From Camelus ferus (taxonomy: Eukaryota), in the NCBI RefSeq assembly GCF_009834535.1, contig NC_045696.1, positions 42,472,001 through 42,536,000 of the forward strand: a stretch of DNA of 64,000 nucleotides, written 5' to 3'. Made by a program: the position numbers and the translations under genes. Numbering within the stretch: the first letter of the stretch is position 1; each line of letters opens with the position of its first letter. This document shows positions 26,145 through 39,746 of this stretch, in pieces. The notes beneath the pieces were generated by a model, which did no database searches, was not told the DNA's origin, and worked only from the letters and a program-made list of their open reading frames with translations.

Positions 26145-26345
26145 GGGAAGTAGTTCAAGTTTAAGACCACAGACTGGAGCCAGATAACCTGAGTTCAGAT
26201 GATGCCATCTCTACCACTTTCTAGGTGAGTGACCTAAAGTGCTAAGCACACTAAACTGTGCTTCAGTTTCTTCACCTATAGAATGGGGACAGTTATAGTA
26301 CCTATCTCATAAGTGTGCAGTGAGAATTAAAAGGTAATATTGATA
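26145..26345 (+). mobile_element. MIR
   Basis: ctggagccagataacctgagttca...tgcttcagtttcttcacctatagaatgggg...gtgagaattaaa. Confidence 0.8.
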
Positions 26346-27699
26346 AATACCATTTAATAACTGTTAAATAATAGTTATCAATAACAATTATACAAATAAA
26401 TAGATAAAAATTTATAAAGAATCTGATGAACAAATTCTTGCCTAGGTGGCTCCTTATGGTTATGGGAAGAGCTACCAGAGTGAAAAATCAGCAGGTGTAG
26501 GATCCAGTATTACTAACTACTCACAGGATTTTAGGCAAACTAAGATTTCTTTGGGTTTTAGTAAACGCAGGTGTTAAAGGAATGATCTCTAAGGAGTTTT
26601 CCAACTCTAATGCTTTATGATGTTATAGGAGATATGTAAGTTCCAAATGAATAATAAATATTAAAGTCCTTGGAATAGTATAATGTATTTGATAAATGAA
26701 TATTACAGAATTCATCCCCTGAAGTACATGCACAATATGTTGAAAGGAACAGGATCCTGGGAGGAGAGTGAGCAGAAATGCTGCTGCTTGCTGGCATCAT
26801 TTGCTCTTTGGCGCCTGCCATTCAACCTGCTCAGCCATGCACATTGCTTATTTTGCCCATTTCTGCCTTCCAAACATGGAGAATTAATCTCAGTGCTAAA
26901 GTCTCATATGGCCATAGGGCTTTATCCCCAAAAAGATAGAGAATGAGCTTTTTGACAAATTACCTGCAGCTGTGGAGATTGTAGAGTCATCCTCAGCTTG
27001 ATTTGCTTTTTTTAAGACAAAATTGGAGATTTGAATATTGTGTCACAGGCACTGTGTCTCCACTCCATGCCACCACGTACCTCACCTCCTTCCTCTCTGT
27101 CTGTCTCCCTTTCACCTGTGATTTCCATCACAATGGAGCAAGGCTAACAACGTGGGCATGATACCAGTTCCTGTTGCTGTTCAGTGCTCCAGTGGGCCTT
27201 GGATGTATGCACATGTTGAGGGGACATTTAAATGACTTTTGTGTGCTGCACAGTTAGAAAAACATTTCCACACTGTCTTCTTTGATCGCCTAAAATCCAG
27301 CTATCATAATATAGCAGATGTTTGAATGGGTACAAGTAAATCCAGGCGGCTCCAGCCTACCCCAGGGGGTCTCATGTGGCTCCACTGGCTCATCCAGGTT
27401 TCCTGTTCTCCAGATCTTACTAGGCACAGCCTCACATTTCAAGTAGGCCTGGGCTCCAACCACAAAATTAAAACAAACAAACAAACCCTTTTTACTAGGG
27501 TGGTAAGGGGTCAGTGTTAGAGTTGGGAAAGAAAGGCAAGGAGAATCCCATTTTTTCCCACCAGAAAAATCAAGGAGACCTTTCTGCACCATGGATTATT
27601 AGCAGCTCTGGGACAAGACAAAAGATGTGCTTGACTTTAGTTTAAACCTGGGGCCAATGTCAAAATACTTAGCAAGTTGCCAAACTTACTCAAAGCAAA

Positions 27700-28700
27700 T
27701 TGAATGTGGGAATAATTCAGGAGGGAGCCAGGATCAGAAAGGACTTCACAAAGGAGGCATCTGACCTCGAGAAAAAGAGCATGTTAGCAGAGGAGAGTTC
27801 ATACGAGAAAAAGAAAGCAAACAAAAGCATGACATACTCTGGGAGCTGTGATAAGAGCATATGCTGGAGCACGTATTGCATGAGGTGGGAGTGGGTGAGG
27901 AAGAAGTCAAATACACTCGTAGGGATTGTTTGGAGTCAGACTGAGAAATGATGAGGCACTTAAGTAAAGATGCCAGTGAGGTTGCAGAGGACAGGAGTGA
28001 AGCATTTGGCATCTATGTGAGGGCTAGGATCAATAGAGCTTGAGTTGCAAATAACTATAAAAACTCTAGTTGGAGTTATTGAGTGAAACATAGGGCTAAA
28101 ATATAGGAGAAAAATGTGATTTGATGAAAAGTTAAGTTCTGTGTATATTGTGTGAGATATACAGGACTTGGAAATGGAATATTTAGATCTGGATGTGAGG
28201 AGAGAGAAGAGCTGAAAATCTGATGACAAGGAAAGTATAGGGACTGGAAGTTTAAATTCATATAGTTCAAGAAGAGCTGGGGAGTCCCAAGGTTAGAAAG
28301 ATGAGGAGAGTGACCAATGTGGTAAGAAATGAGCAACCATAGGGAAGGAGAAGCAGGAGTGTGCAGGGCATGAGGACTAGGGCAGGAAAGCACGCACTAG
28401 GGCACAGGGAAGTGTGTGGACAACACTGCAGCTGTCCCAAAGAATTCCAGAAGAGTGAGAAACAAAGAAAGTTGTTGGATTTGGCCACTAGATGATTTCC
28501 AGTACAAACAGAAGAGTCATTTCAGGAGGGAGAGAGAGGAAAAAGCAAAGTCCCAGAGGCAGAGTGGATGAGAGTTCATGAACGAGAGACTTAGAATGCG
28601 CTACTCTTAACACGTTTCAAGGTAAGGAGAAGAGCAGTGGGTAACACCTTTGTAGTCTGAGAAGGTTATAGGTGAGGGGGTGTAGCCAAGTGAAAGGAAA
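27700..28700 (-). mobile_element. Highly decayed LINE-2
   Basis: Long G/A-skewed tract with L2-like phrases (gttgttggatttggcca, gagaagagctgaaa). It explains the Ser/Leu/Phe-rich minus-strand ORFs here. Confidence 0.5.
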
Positions 28701-29399
28701 ACTTGAAGTGCATGTTAGGTGTCACTTCTGACCACCAAGCCTTGATTATTTCTTTGTAGAAAGTTTGGACGAGAAAGTCTTCTCAAATATTCTAGGTTAT
28801 TACCTTAGCTTCCATTTCTCCAGTTATCTCTTTTAGCTGTTACAACTACCTAGAACCCTTGAACACAGTTCCCTTGATATGGTGCTGCAGCTTGCACCCA
28901 GGCCTTAAGGAAGGGGAGACGCACTTTTTCCACATGCTCATAGGTCACATGGGTGAATCAGTCTATTAAGATATTGGAGTAACTAACATTCTTTTTAACT
29001 AAAGAGAGAAAAAAGAAAAAATTATGTAAATAAAATAAAAAGCAGTAACTAGCGTATACTCTAGCTGGTTAAAAGTAACGCTTACTGTCCTGGCATTGGT
29101 GACTGGCATTTAGTCCATTTGTCATCATGTGGCCCTAATTGGCCTTACCAGAGGAATCTCATCTGTTTGATCTTTAGGTAGCATCACTGCCTTGCTGTGT
29201 CCACTGTGGCTGGCATATCTCACATCTTCTTTGTGGATTTTAGTACAGACTCTAGGCCCAGTCTTCCAAGTCTGGCTCTTCAAGTTAAAGCCCAGAGGTT
29301 AGAAAACAAAAATCTTCTTTGTCTTTAGCACTTAAAAACCATGGATATTTATGGCTACTCTGAGTTAAAAGAAGTCTGTTTTGAAGTCAGAATTAGGCA

Positions 29400-29402
29400 A
29401 TA

Positions 29403-29431
<29 letters not shown>
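29400..29431. repeat. (TA)n(T)n microsatellite
   Basis: Directly visible. Confidence 0.9.
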
Positions 29432-29433
<2 letters not shown>

Positions 29434-29689
29434 ATACAAGTTTCATTCTTATTTTCCTGAAAGGATCAAGAGCTTTGGGACAACAGAAATGATCAGGAGG
29501 AAATTCACTCAAAATATTATATTACTCAGGAATCCCACATAAAGATGGGCAATTCAGGGAATTTCAGGAGTAACTGACTCTCTGAGGTAGCTATAGATCC
29601 TAACTGCTCAGTAAGAAGCGATCCCCCGAATGTGTTAGAAATGGTCTCCTCTCAGGACATGTTATGCTTTCTCCAGGCATCCTTTACTT

Positions 29690-29895
29690 TTCTTTCATTG
29701 CACTTACCAGATATGTTTTTAAGTATCTTTTTCATGTGTGCCATTATTTATGACATTTTCCCTCCTTGGTTTGTAAACTCTATGAGGGTAAGGGCCATGT
29801 TTGTTTTGCTCACCACTGGATTGTCCAGTGTCTCAAATCTGACACTTAGACACTGCTCATTAAATTTTGTGGAGTGAATAAATAAATGAATGAAC
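29690..29895 (+). mobile_element. LINE-2 3' end
   Basis: tgtaaactctatgagggtaagggccatg...tgctcattaaatttt...gaataaataaatgaatgaa. Confidence 0.75.
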
Positions 29896-31914
29896 TAACT
29901 GAGGAATATCAAATAGTAGAGTATTAATAGAAAGGGGCTCTTTTATACCTTGGTAGGAGTTGACCAAGGTATGAAGTTATCTTTTTTGTTATTGTTATCC
30001 ATGCAAATACTTTTGATTTTTTGGAGATGGTTTGATATCCAGCCAGAATATATCAGCATGGTGTCCCTTCGGATTAGTGGATTCCTGTGCTAGGCCTGCT
30101 CATATATATTTTGTATGTGATCTCTGTTGAGAAATATTTTCATTCTGAAACGATCATGCTAATAGTCAATTGTTTAATTAATTAGAGGGAAAGGGACATT
30201 TAAGATAAATAGTTAAATTATCACTTTAATAGTAACTTATCATTGTATTTCATGAAAAGGTAAGGAAAATCAATATACTAACATGTCTTCAAAGCTCCTG
30301 CCAAAGAAAAAAATGTACACGTATCTTGAAAATGAACGTGGTGAATTATTTAAAAATGCTTTTAGAGTGACTTAGTTCAATCTATCAGTACCCCAAAAAC
30401 TAAGGTGCTAGAATAAATGTTCCAAACTAAACACTGTAGATCATTTAAATGCTGTAGAGTACTCGAGAAAAACCCTCAACAGAAAGAAAAATGAGAAAGG
30501 CGGGCAAAGGGAAATAAATGAACACTCACGTTGTGTCAGAGAAAACCGGAGTAGGTTTCTCTCTTAGGAGCCGCCTTTAGCATTCATATTTCCTCATGGT
30601 ATAAATCAGCATCTTTAGAGTCATAACATTTCTAAATGTCTTCTTGATGACTAAACCTGTCTCCTTCTCTGAAGCACTATTCTGAAAGTACACAGTATGT
30701 TTTATTCTTTGCTTAGCAAGACAAAGACACTCTATGTTAAAGAATGTATATGTACGTAATAATGGCTATGTCTGATGAAAGTTTTATGTTTTCATTTTCC
30801 TTTTATGTGTTGCTTCTAATGTCCAAGTGCAACGTAGAAATCAAGAACGTAGAGCTTCAGGCTAGAGACCTGATCAGAAAACATGTTTCTTCATTAAATA
30901 GTTGTGGTCTCCGGCACTTTAAAGCTGGTGATTTTGAAGGGTGAGCGAATATGTCCTTTTTCTAGAGGCAAGACCATGTAGCACTGTGAGACTTGACTCC
31001 ACAAGACAGTTTTGATTGGCACAACTTCGGTGCCTTTTTGCCCCAGATCTTATCTGGTTCCTGTTGGTTGCTTTGAAGGCTGAAATAGAACTTTATTCCT
31101 TGAACTTAAACTTTGATCTCAATTAAAATACACATATTTCTTCTTTCCTTCCCTGGGAACTCTTCAAAATATTTCTAGTTATTTAAAGCTTAATAAGTTC
31201 TTTCTGATCGTATCTGAGGAGCAGGCTTGGGTGGGTCATACTGAAGTAACAGGAAAGAGGTTAAGCCCCTGTAAGAGACAGTGAGCCTGTGCAGAGTCAC
31301 CGGTCAACATGCAGAAGAGGGCTGAGAATGAGAGGACTGGGGTAAGCACCAATGCCTAAGAATCCATTTCATATTTTTGGGTATCTGTGAGATAAAACAA
31401 TTCACTTTGGTTTACTAAAAAATGCACAAGCCTTAGATTGATGATGAAAGATTTGAAGAAATGATTTTTGGTTTGAATTTTCTATTTTCCCTCCCAGCTA
31501 GAATAGTATCATACAGAGTAGCCCACATGAAGGGAATAAAATTAAGAAAGTATGAAACTTTGATAAATTGTTTCTGCAAGAGTTTTTTCTCAAGAGCAGA
31601 TAAATGCACTTACCAACATACTCATTTTTTCTCATGTCACAGGGGTGCTAGTTAATGCATTACCTTTTTGGGGTGCTAAGAGCCACCTTTATTCATCTGA
31701 AAAGGTTAATGCAGCTTTTCAAAGTGTCCAGGTTATTCCCAGAGGATAATTTATGCACTAAAAGTCTGTTTTATTTGGGAAGTACCTAAAGAGAAAAAAA
31801 AAGTGCAGTACAAATTAAACACAGGTAGATTTGGTAGTTTATAACTGAAGTTGTTTTTACTGCTGAGCTTCATTTGTATGGATTGATTTATATCCCTGAC
31901 TATTTAAAATTTCA

Positions 31915-32140
31915 AAACTTCCTGTCCTTCACTCCAGAATTTCCTATCATTCCTTTTACTTAATTTTTATCCATAGCACTTACTGTAAGTATGCTCTGTA
32001 TTTCACTTACAGATTTTGTTTTCTTCTTACTTTCCCTAAAATGTAAGTTCTATGTAAAATTTTTTCTAAGTGCAGTACCTCAGCTCCCCTGGACAGTACC
32101 AAGTCCATGTAAGCACTTAATAATATAAGAAAAGTGAATA
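31915..32140 (+). mobile_element. LINE-2 3' end
   Basis: ccatagcacttac...aatgtaagttctatg...gtaagcacttaataat. Confidence 0.55.
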
Positions 32141-32239
32141 CAGAAATAGATCAATATTGATTAAATTTACCAAGTAATTGCCAGATTTCCGTTTGACTGT
32201 ACTATTGTAAGGATCATTTTTTAGAAGGTAGTGCCACAT

Positions 32240-32440
32240 AACAGTTGAAGGTGGTTTCTGGAGTCATTGTGCATCGAATTTTGATTCTCACACTGGTTGT
32301 CTCTTTAACCTTGGGCAAATTACTTAACATTTCTGTGCCTTAGTTTTTTCATCCTCAGAATAAGGAGAATAATTTGGTTAGAAAATATGTTTAGAAGAAT
32401 GCTTTAAAAAGCATTCTGGTACATAGTCAGCCCTTAAAAC
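32240..32440 (+). mobile_element. MIR
   Basis: accttgggcaaattacttaacatttctgtgccttagttttttcatc. Confidence 0.75.
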
Positions 32441-32689
32441 TCACTAATACTATCATTAAATCAATTTGTGAAAAGAATAATATTCTTTATGCACTCATTG
32501 CCTAAGTGAAATAGAGTCATTACAATTATGTAGATATTAAAAAATACTTTGCCTCAATCATCTGAATCATTTAGTTCAAAGCATATTTTAAGAATACATT
32601 ATTAATATAATTTACTTTCTGAAAATTAGCAAGACATTAGTTTTATTTATTTGACAAACTCCAATTAAGTCAAACAGAGGATTATAATT

Positions 32690-32870
32690 CCAAAGATCAA
32701 GCTTGGTTTTGAATTCTGCTCTGTCATTTACTAGGTCTGTGACCCTGGGCAAGTTAATTAAAAACCTTAGGTTTTGTTTCCACATTTATTACATGGATAA
32801 AAATTAAATCTCTGTTAGTAGTTGTATATTAAACACAGCACAGTATCTGGTACATAAGAGACCTCAATCA
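32690..32870 (+). mobile_element. MIR
   Basis: gctctgtcatttactaggtctgtgaccctgggcaagtta...agcacagtatctggtacataa. Confidence 0.75.
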
Positions 32871-33654
32871 AAGGAAGGTAAAAAAAGATTATTGAATGTA
32901 TAAAATCCAAAGAGCAGTGTTTGTGACAGAACTATATCAATTTATATAAAATTGAGTGAGAATTAAAAGTGAAATTATATTTTTCTCACTCCAAGTTCAA
33001 TCTTAAGCAAATAAATTATAAATTCACATTTTGGAAGAAGTTATTTTAAAAAGAGAATTTAATATGAGAAATATTGACATTTGACAGCGAATCACTTAGC
33101 ATATAACTTCCTTTATATTGCTAAGTATAAAACACAGAGCCTCTTAGTACCAGTTTGAGAGATGCAAGTGTCTCTTTAAAATAACTCTTCTGAATTTCTT
33201 AAAATTCAACATTATATGTACAATCATCTCCCCTTTTCCAATCAGTTTAAATTTATGAAGGTACTGAGCTAAAAAAAGTATAAAAACCTATGATATATGT
33301 CTTCAAGGTTATTATTATCTAAGAATATGTTACTAAAATGTCTTGTAATATTGGCTGTGTTCGGCAGTTTTATACACCATTGTTAGCACCGAAGTAGGGG
33401 CATTGACTGCTACACTTAGTTATGTTGGAGAAGAAGGGAATTGCTTCTGCTCAGGTTCTCTAATCAGAGTTTGCTGGAGCCACAGTGGAACAGCAAGCAT
33501 TTCACGTCACCCCAGGGTAGACCACAGACACAGGGTGTCTGACCTGGTGACATGAAACTCAGCTAAGTTTTTTAAGCCAGGTCAAGACTGGGGTACACAT
33601 GTCTAGAACTGCACCTGCCCAGCAGCTAGAGAGCCTAAGCAAACAGAGCATTAT

Positions 33655-33870
33655 GCTTTAATGAATATAAAGAGTCTCAGTGTAGTCTCCAAATCTCAAG
33701 CAATCCCCTTTCAGAAAAGAATTTTAGGAACTGGGACAAGTGACATCTCCAAGCTTGCTACTGTGAGTTGATGGTCAGGTTTTCTATGTGCCGAGGAAAT
33801 GATGGAGAGAGGACTGAGGATGTTAACAGTTCAACATTATGTTTTATCTTGTGAGTGGAATATAAAGAGC
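33655..33870 (+). promoter_or_regulatory. ZPLD1: Candidate proximal ZPLD1 promoter / first exon (TATA-containing, no CpG island)
   Basis: TATAAAGAG at 33666, about 3 kb upstream of the start-codon exon, in repeat-free sequence. Donor-like gtgagt at 33763 and 33851; ATG at 33771 reads MVRFSMCRGNDG. Inference only. Confidence 0.4.
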
Positions 33871-35260
33871 CTCCCAAAGTCTTGAAAGTGCCATGAACAC
33901 TGCCAATGGTACAGGGATCAGAATGTGGATATTGCCTATGCAAGGGACACGGGTGTCATTTAAAATTCTCCTGCTTAATGTACCTTAATATTAAAACACA
34001 GACCAGTATGAATACAATTATAAATATAATAATGTGATTCAACTAGTCAGGGCCATTACTAGCCCGTGGGACCCCATTGTGTCATGCAGTCTAGCTCCAG
34101 AGCAGGTGGCTCAGCCAGAGGACCACAGCCCTGTTCCCATCCCTCTCCACTGGATGGAGAGTGCCTTCTGTATGTTGGACTATGCTGTGTTCTTTACATA
34201 CTTGTAGTTTATAAAGTCTTATAATCATCATCTTGGTTTTCAAATGTCAAATCTGGAGAACGACTGAGGGGAGATTTGAATCCATAACAGCTGATATCAA
34301 AATCAATGCATTTTCTGTTAAAGCAAGCTGCCTTCTACCTCTACTTTCTTCTCATCAAAAAAAATCCATTAAGAATTTTAATCTCCATGACAGAGATATA
34401 GGTTTTGTTCAGAGCCTAGAGATGCCTCTTTTTGACAAACTACTACTGCTATTAGTAGACTGTTTCAAGTGGCACATGTTTCTTAACCATTTTTGGTAAA
34501 CACAGATGTGTCCAGTTTAGTCCACGGTAATAATTCTCTCTGTTTTCACAAGGAGGGCCTCATCTTCCTTTTCTAAAAGTAATTTTCTCCCTCATAATGT
34601 CCATATTATCAAACACATCTATTAAGCAAATTGCATTCCTTACATAAGAATTGTTTATTCCGTTTCATAAGAAATGATCTATTGAAGGGCATACAGTTTG
34701 AAAAGCTAAGGAAAACAACTGTTGGTAAATGGCAACCAAAACAACCCCACTGAATTTATTTTATAGCAGATGGTATCCAGGTAGGTCTTGCAGCAAACTC
34801 GTATCAGAAAGATCTGGAGTTGAATTTTAGTTCCTCTACTTGTTTTCCATGTCACTTTAGAATCCTGAGACTTATTTTTCTTTTCCTTTGTATGGAATAG
34901 TAATTCTAATATCATCCACTGTTTATAAGGATATGAATGAGAGACTTTAAGTAAATGATCTGGCGCACGATTCCTCCTTTGTGCACAGTGTCCACTCAGT
35001 AAGTGTTATTTTTCTACTGTGAGGGCATATAAAAGCTGGAAAGCATTTATGAATAGTAAAAACTCATCAGTGAAAATTCCAGACTCTAAATCCCTAGGGG
35101 TGGGAGACCTCTCTAGATTGAAAGACAACAGTGTGAATCTAGAGTGTCGGTGCCTTCTAGGAATTAATAGGACCCCTTCATGAGAAGGAAGTGGGGGGCA
35201 CAGAATCGCTGTGTGTGTGGTGGGACGTACTATTCAGACACAAGCTGCTGTCTTTCCTAG

Positions 35261-35453
35261 AAGTCTTCCAAGGACTCCCAAAGAGCAAGGCTGTCTTAGT
35301 CTTTCTGAAGTGCCCTGAGGAGCCAGACAGTGAAGGCATAGGTGTGGCCAAGAGAGCCCAGGGTCTGGGCTCTTGTTTATGGAGTGTCCTGGGGATCAAA
35401 GCTAACCAGACATGTGGCTTTTCTTCAGAAGTCACTGGGTTTGTGCCTGAATG
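35261..35453 (+). other. ZPLD1: Candidate 5'UTR exon of ZPLD1 (5' boundary 35261 or 35342)
   Basis: Acceptor-like ctgtctttcctag ends at 35260 (or catag at 35341); donor ATG|gtatgt at 35454; locally GC-richer unique sequence. Confidence 0.3.
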
Positions 35454-36621
35454 GTATGTTATAATGCTGAAGGAAGGAAACTCCTGTTGAATTAATATTT
35501 TTTTTTTGTCTGTTTTTGGGAGTAAACTCATGGTTTCCTTTCCCACATCCTCACCAAAGTGACTTTGTTCACCATAAACTTGTTATGCTCAAATGATGAT
35601 TCAAAAGCAAGATGTATTTCCTTCCTTTTGCTAAAGATTTGATTAATCATCTAAGGGTAGATCTTTAAGAACAGCTAAAACACCATTTTTCCCCCAAACC
35701 CAAAGCTTTAAAAATGCACTAAATTATTTGAGTAAGCTATTTACAATTTTTTTATTTTCCTTTTGTTTTTTATGCACAGACCAAAACCACCAACCTCAAA
35801 GATTTTTTTTTCCAGTGCATAAGCTGTGCTCTGAGAATAAGTTGGGCATTTCCAGAAGATATTTTAACCTTATTAGGCCAATAAAAGGACATCCAGGAAA
35901 AAAATTTAAACATCAGACTGACTGGTGTTTAAGCATTAAAGTCAATTTATATTTATTTGTTCAACACACATTGACAACTTAAAAAAATCACCTTCCATTA
36001 CTTTCTCCTAAGAATTCAAGATTTTCTTATGTCTGTTATCAGTTATTGTTATCCACCAATGAGCAGTCATTGGAGGGACCATGATGTCATGTCACACATT
36101 GTATTTTTCTGTTTTCCCTTTTGCTTTATTCCTGTGTTTTCTGAGAAAATGATGCACAAACCATTGATTTTTGAGAAGTAGCAATATTCTAGAATTCCTT
36201 TGCCGAGGGGAAAATTTCCCTCACATTGTTTGGTCAAGAATATTAAGAATTCTCTGAAAATCAACTATTGAATGCTAAATCCCTCTGACTATGGACTTGA
36301 AAGTGTAGCATTGCCTCCAAACTGGTCAGTCTGCCCAGCTATGCTGTTTGAATCTGCCAAATACTTGGTTTGAGTTCTTCCTGTTATAAAAAAAGAACCT
36401 TTCTTTTGCAAATGTTATGGTTCATATCTTAATTCTTCTACTACAGAAGCCTAGCTTTGTCACCCTTGGCAAACTGGAGTCAAAGAATAAAAAATAATTT
36501 TGAAATATTGTAACCAAAATCTCTGCCGCATTGTTAATAAGTATTTCTTAATAATCCTTAGGCCTTTAATGAGCTTTGCCTGTATGAACGTAGATTGCCT
36601 GCCTATGCAACAGTGAGTTGA

Positions 36622-36852
<231 letters not shown>

Positions 36853-37839
36853 TGATTATGTTTGAATAGTAAATCATTTAAATACATATGGAAAATGAGG
36901 GGGATATCCATCTATATTAAGTGGATATTAACAAATGGCAAATGACAAAAGACATTTTTCTGAAGTTGTAATTTATAACCACATTAACATACAAAGTGTT
37001 CATTGTAGTTTATATTATTATAATGGCTGCTCACAGATGTGAAAAATATTGGCTAATGGTTGATAAAATCAGGAGAGGCTAATTTCATTCAAAATTTGCC
37101 TAATTGATGCCTTTTTTCCTCATAAGTTAATTCTTTCAAAACTGTTCTTATATGCTAGTAGATTTATATATAAGTGATACTTAAGAAAGTATGAAATATT
37201 TTGCAATATTCAAAAAATACTATTTCAGTGGAATGTTGGTCACCACCAAAGTATGCTTTCACATACTACACAGCTTCAAAATGCATTTTACAGCCACCCA
37301 TCAGTATTGTGACAGGTATGAGATTTTGACCATATTGATAGATGTGTCCCACAGTTTCCCAAAATCTACACTTTTTACAGGTAATTTAAGGTTCCATTTA
37401 AGTATTCATCTTTTTGCATCAGCTAAAGTTATAGAACCACAGTTCAATATTTACAAAACAAAGACTAGACAATCTGAAACTGCTTTTCTATATATGCCAT
37501 GCAAACTGAAATAGCTTCTGCCATGGTTCACATTCTGTGCCAGTAGTCCTGTGTCTGGAGCATGCCAGGGCAGCAGCACACCTGCACAGAGCAGTCAGTA
37601 GGTGGTTATGTAGCTGATGTGAGATTTCTAATTTATTTGAAGAGGTAAACTGTCTTCTCCAGAATAAAGACAAGAGTATGCAGGAATGTCTTCATGTGCC
37701 CAGACCTAGCAAGCAAGCACTTGGCAGGTTAGGTAAAATAAGGAGATCAGAATGGGAAATGACTCAAGGTAAGTCCAGAAAGGTATGTTAAGGTAGGGTT
37801 CTTAATGATTTTGAATTTCACAAGTGATAGGGCTTTAAA

Positions 37840-38375
37840 AAATATTTTTATTATGGAAAATTTCAAATATATGGAAAAGCAAAGATTAGTAAAAAAGCAC
37901 TCATACTAATCATCCAGCTTTATCCATTGTCAACATTTATAAATTTTGTTTCACTTTTCTCTCCTTCTTACTACCCCATCTGTGAAATATTTTAAAATAA
38001 ACTCATTTTTCATGTTTCATTATATATACCTAATTAAAAAGAACTTTAAAAATCATTACACTTGTATGTCTAATAAACTTAATAATTCCTTAATATCATC
38101 TAATTCTCATCCAAGTTGTCTCCAAAACATTCACATGGTGCATTTATTATTCTCTGTCCTAAGTCTATTTTAATTTATAACAACAGTCTCTTGCTTTTCT
38201 AGAATGCCATTTATCTCTTTAAATAATCTGGTCATTTATTTTGTAGAATTCCAACACTCTGGATCTGGTTGACTATAACTCTGATGTGTCAATTAACATT
38301 CTCCTCTTTTCCTGTAACCTGTAAACTAGTTAGACCTAGAGGTTTCAATAACTTCAGGTTCAATTGTTTCTGTGT
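37840..38375 (-). mobile_element. Old L1 (L1MC/ME-like) 3' region
   Basis: ttattatggaaaatttcaaatatatggaaaag...ttttgtagaattccaacactctggatc. Confidence 0.6.
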
Positions 38376-38379
38376 TATT

Positions 38380-39300
38380 GGTGTAATGAAAGTGTTTTTC
38401 TTTGTAGGCAATGAAGAGCCATTGTGTCTTTTTAAACCTACCTTTCTAAGGGTTTGGTGTGGTCACATTTTGTTTTAGAAAGCAGACTTTGGGGGAAGTA
38501 TGAAAGCCAGAATGAAGTTAGAAGCAGAGAGAGAGATCGTGAAGGCAGTGGTGGTGGAAGCAGCAGCAGGAGACCGCTGTTTACAGATACAGTGTTTTGT
38601 GGTTAGACTCACTGGGTCTGGAACTTGAGGACTGATTCCATTCGGGAGGTGAGAGAAAGAGAAGACCAGAGGATATTTTGGACTTGGATACCTGGATGTT
38701 GATACTATCGACTGACGCCACAAGTACAAGGCATTTGCATGTTTTAAAAAGAAAGATTGGGTTTGAAAATAATGACTTTGAAGTGCTTTCAGAATGTAAA
38801 GTGTCAGCCTCTACCCAGAGGTAGGAAATATGGACCTGGGTCTGATGAGGGAGGCGGAGACCGAAAATAGCTGTGTGAGAGCTGAATCCCTGTGCAGTGA
38901 GTGAGCAGTGAATGAGTATAGGAAAAGGAAAGGTGTGAAAATAGACTGTTGTTTAAACAACTGTTGTGGTGAAGGAGAGAGAGGAGTAAGCAGAGCCAGC
39001 AATGTAAATGAGAAAGGAGGGTTTTTGGATTGGAGGACAGTGGCCAGCTGAGTATACATGAGCAAAAGGAGAATATTCAGAGACTGGGAATACTAACAAA
39101 AATATAATTAATAGAGTGAGGGAAAAATATGGAAGAGATCAAAGGTACATACAGGTGGAGGAGTTAACCTTGGAAAAGTGGTAGCTGTTTCTTTGATTTA
39201 GAAGAGAAGAGAAATAAAAGACACAAGCAGAGAAGCTTGAGAGATGCTAACTGTGTTCACCTCCTCGTAAAGCGGGAGGCACAGGCCCCCAGAGAGAGAG
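38380..39300 (-). mobile_element. Decayed LINE-2
   Basis: gtaggcaatgaagagccatt...ggaaatatggacctggg; purine-skewed L2-like text. Confidence 0.5.
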
Positions 39301-39746
39301 AAGCCAGAGGCCTGGCTGGGGACTGGGAAGGGCAGTCAAGTTTTACCCTGTTACGGATGGAAAAGAAGGCCAAGATGGAAGACGACTGCTCGGCAGAGAG
39401 GACCTAGTGGATGCTGTAGTTATTATACTTGTAAATGTAAATAAAACATGTAAATGAGTCAAGGAGGGCCTAGGACAGCAAAAGAAAATATTTTTCATAT
39501 GGTGAATTTTAAAAATTATGTTAAAACATCCATCTACAATGGTACCCACTGACCACCACAATGTCACCTGAGATAGTTGACTTCACTGCTTCATCCTAGG
39601 TATGTAGTGTCAGAATTTCCAAATATGCTATAAATCTGTATTTTAAACCCGGCAGTTGAGTCTCGTGTGCATTATGGTTGAAAATGACTGACAGTATGCT
39701 TTATTATTTTCTTGAGTCCATTATTCCATTTAAAAGCACAGTCGTG

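Noticed and set aside
27700..28488. Cluster of overlapping ORFs
   Set aside because: They lie in strand-skewed decayed L2 sequence that is poor in stop codons; the peptides are low-information.
28482..28498. TGGCCACTAGATGATT as a CTCF site
   Set aside because: It lacks the essential GGC 3' half and lies in decayed L2.
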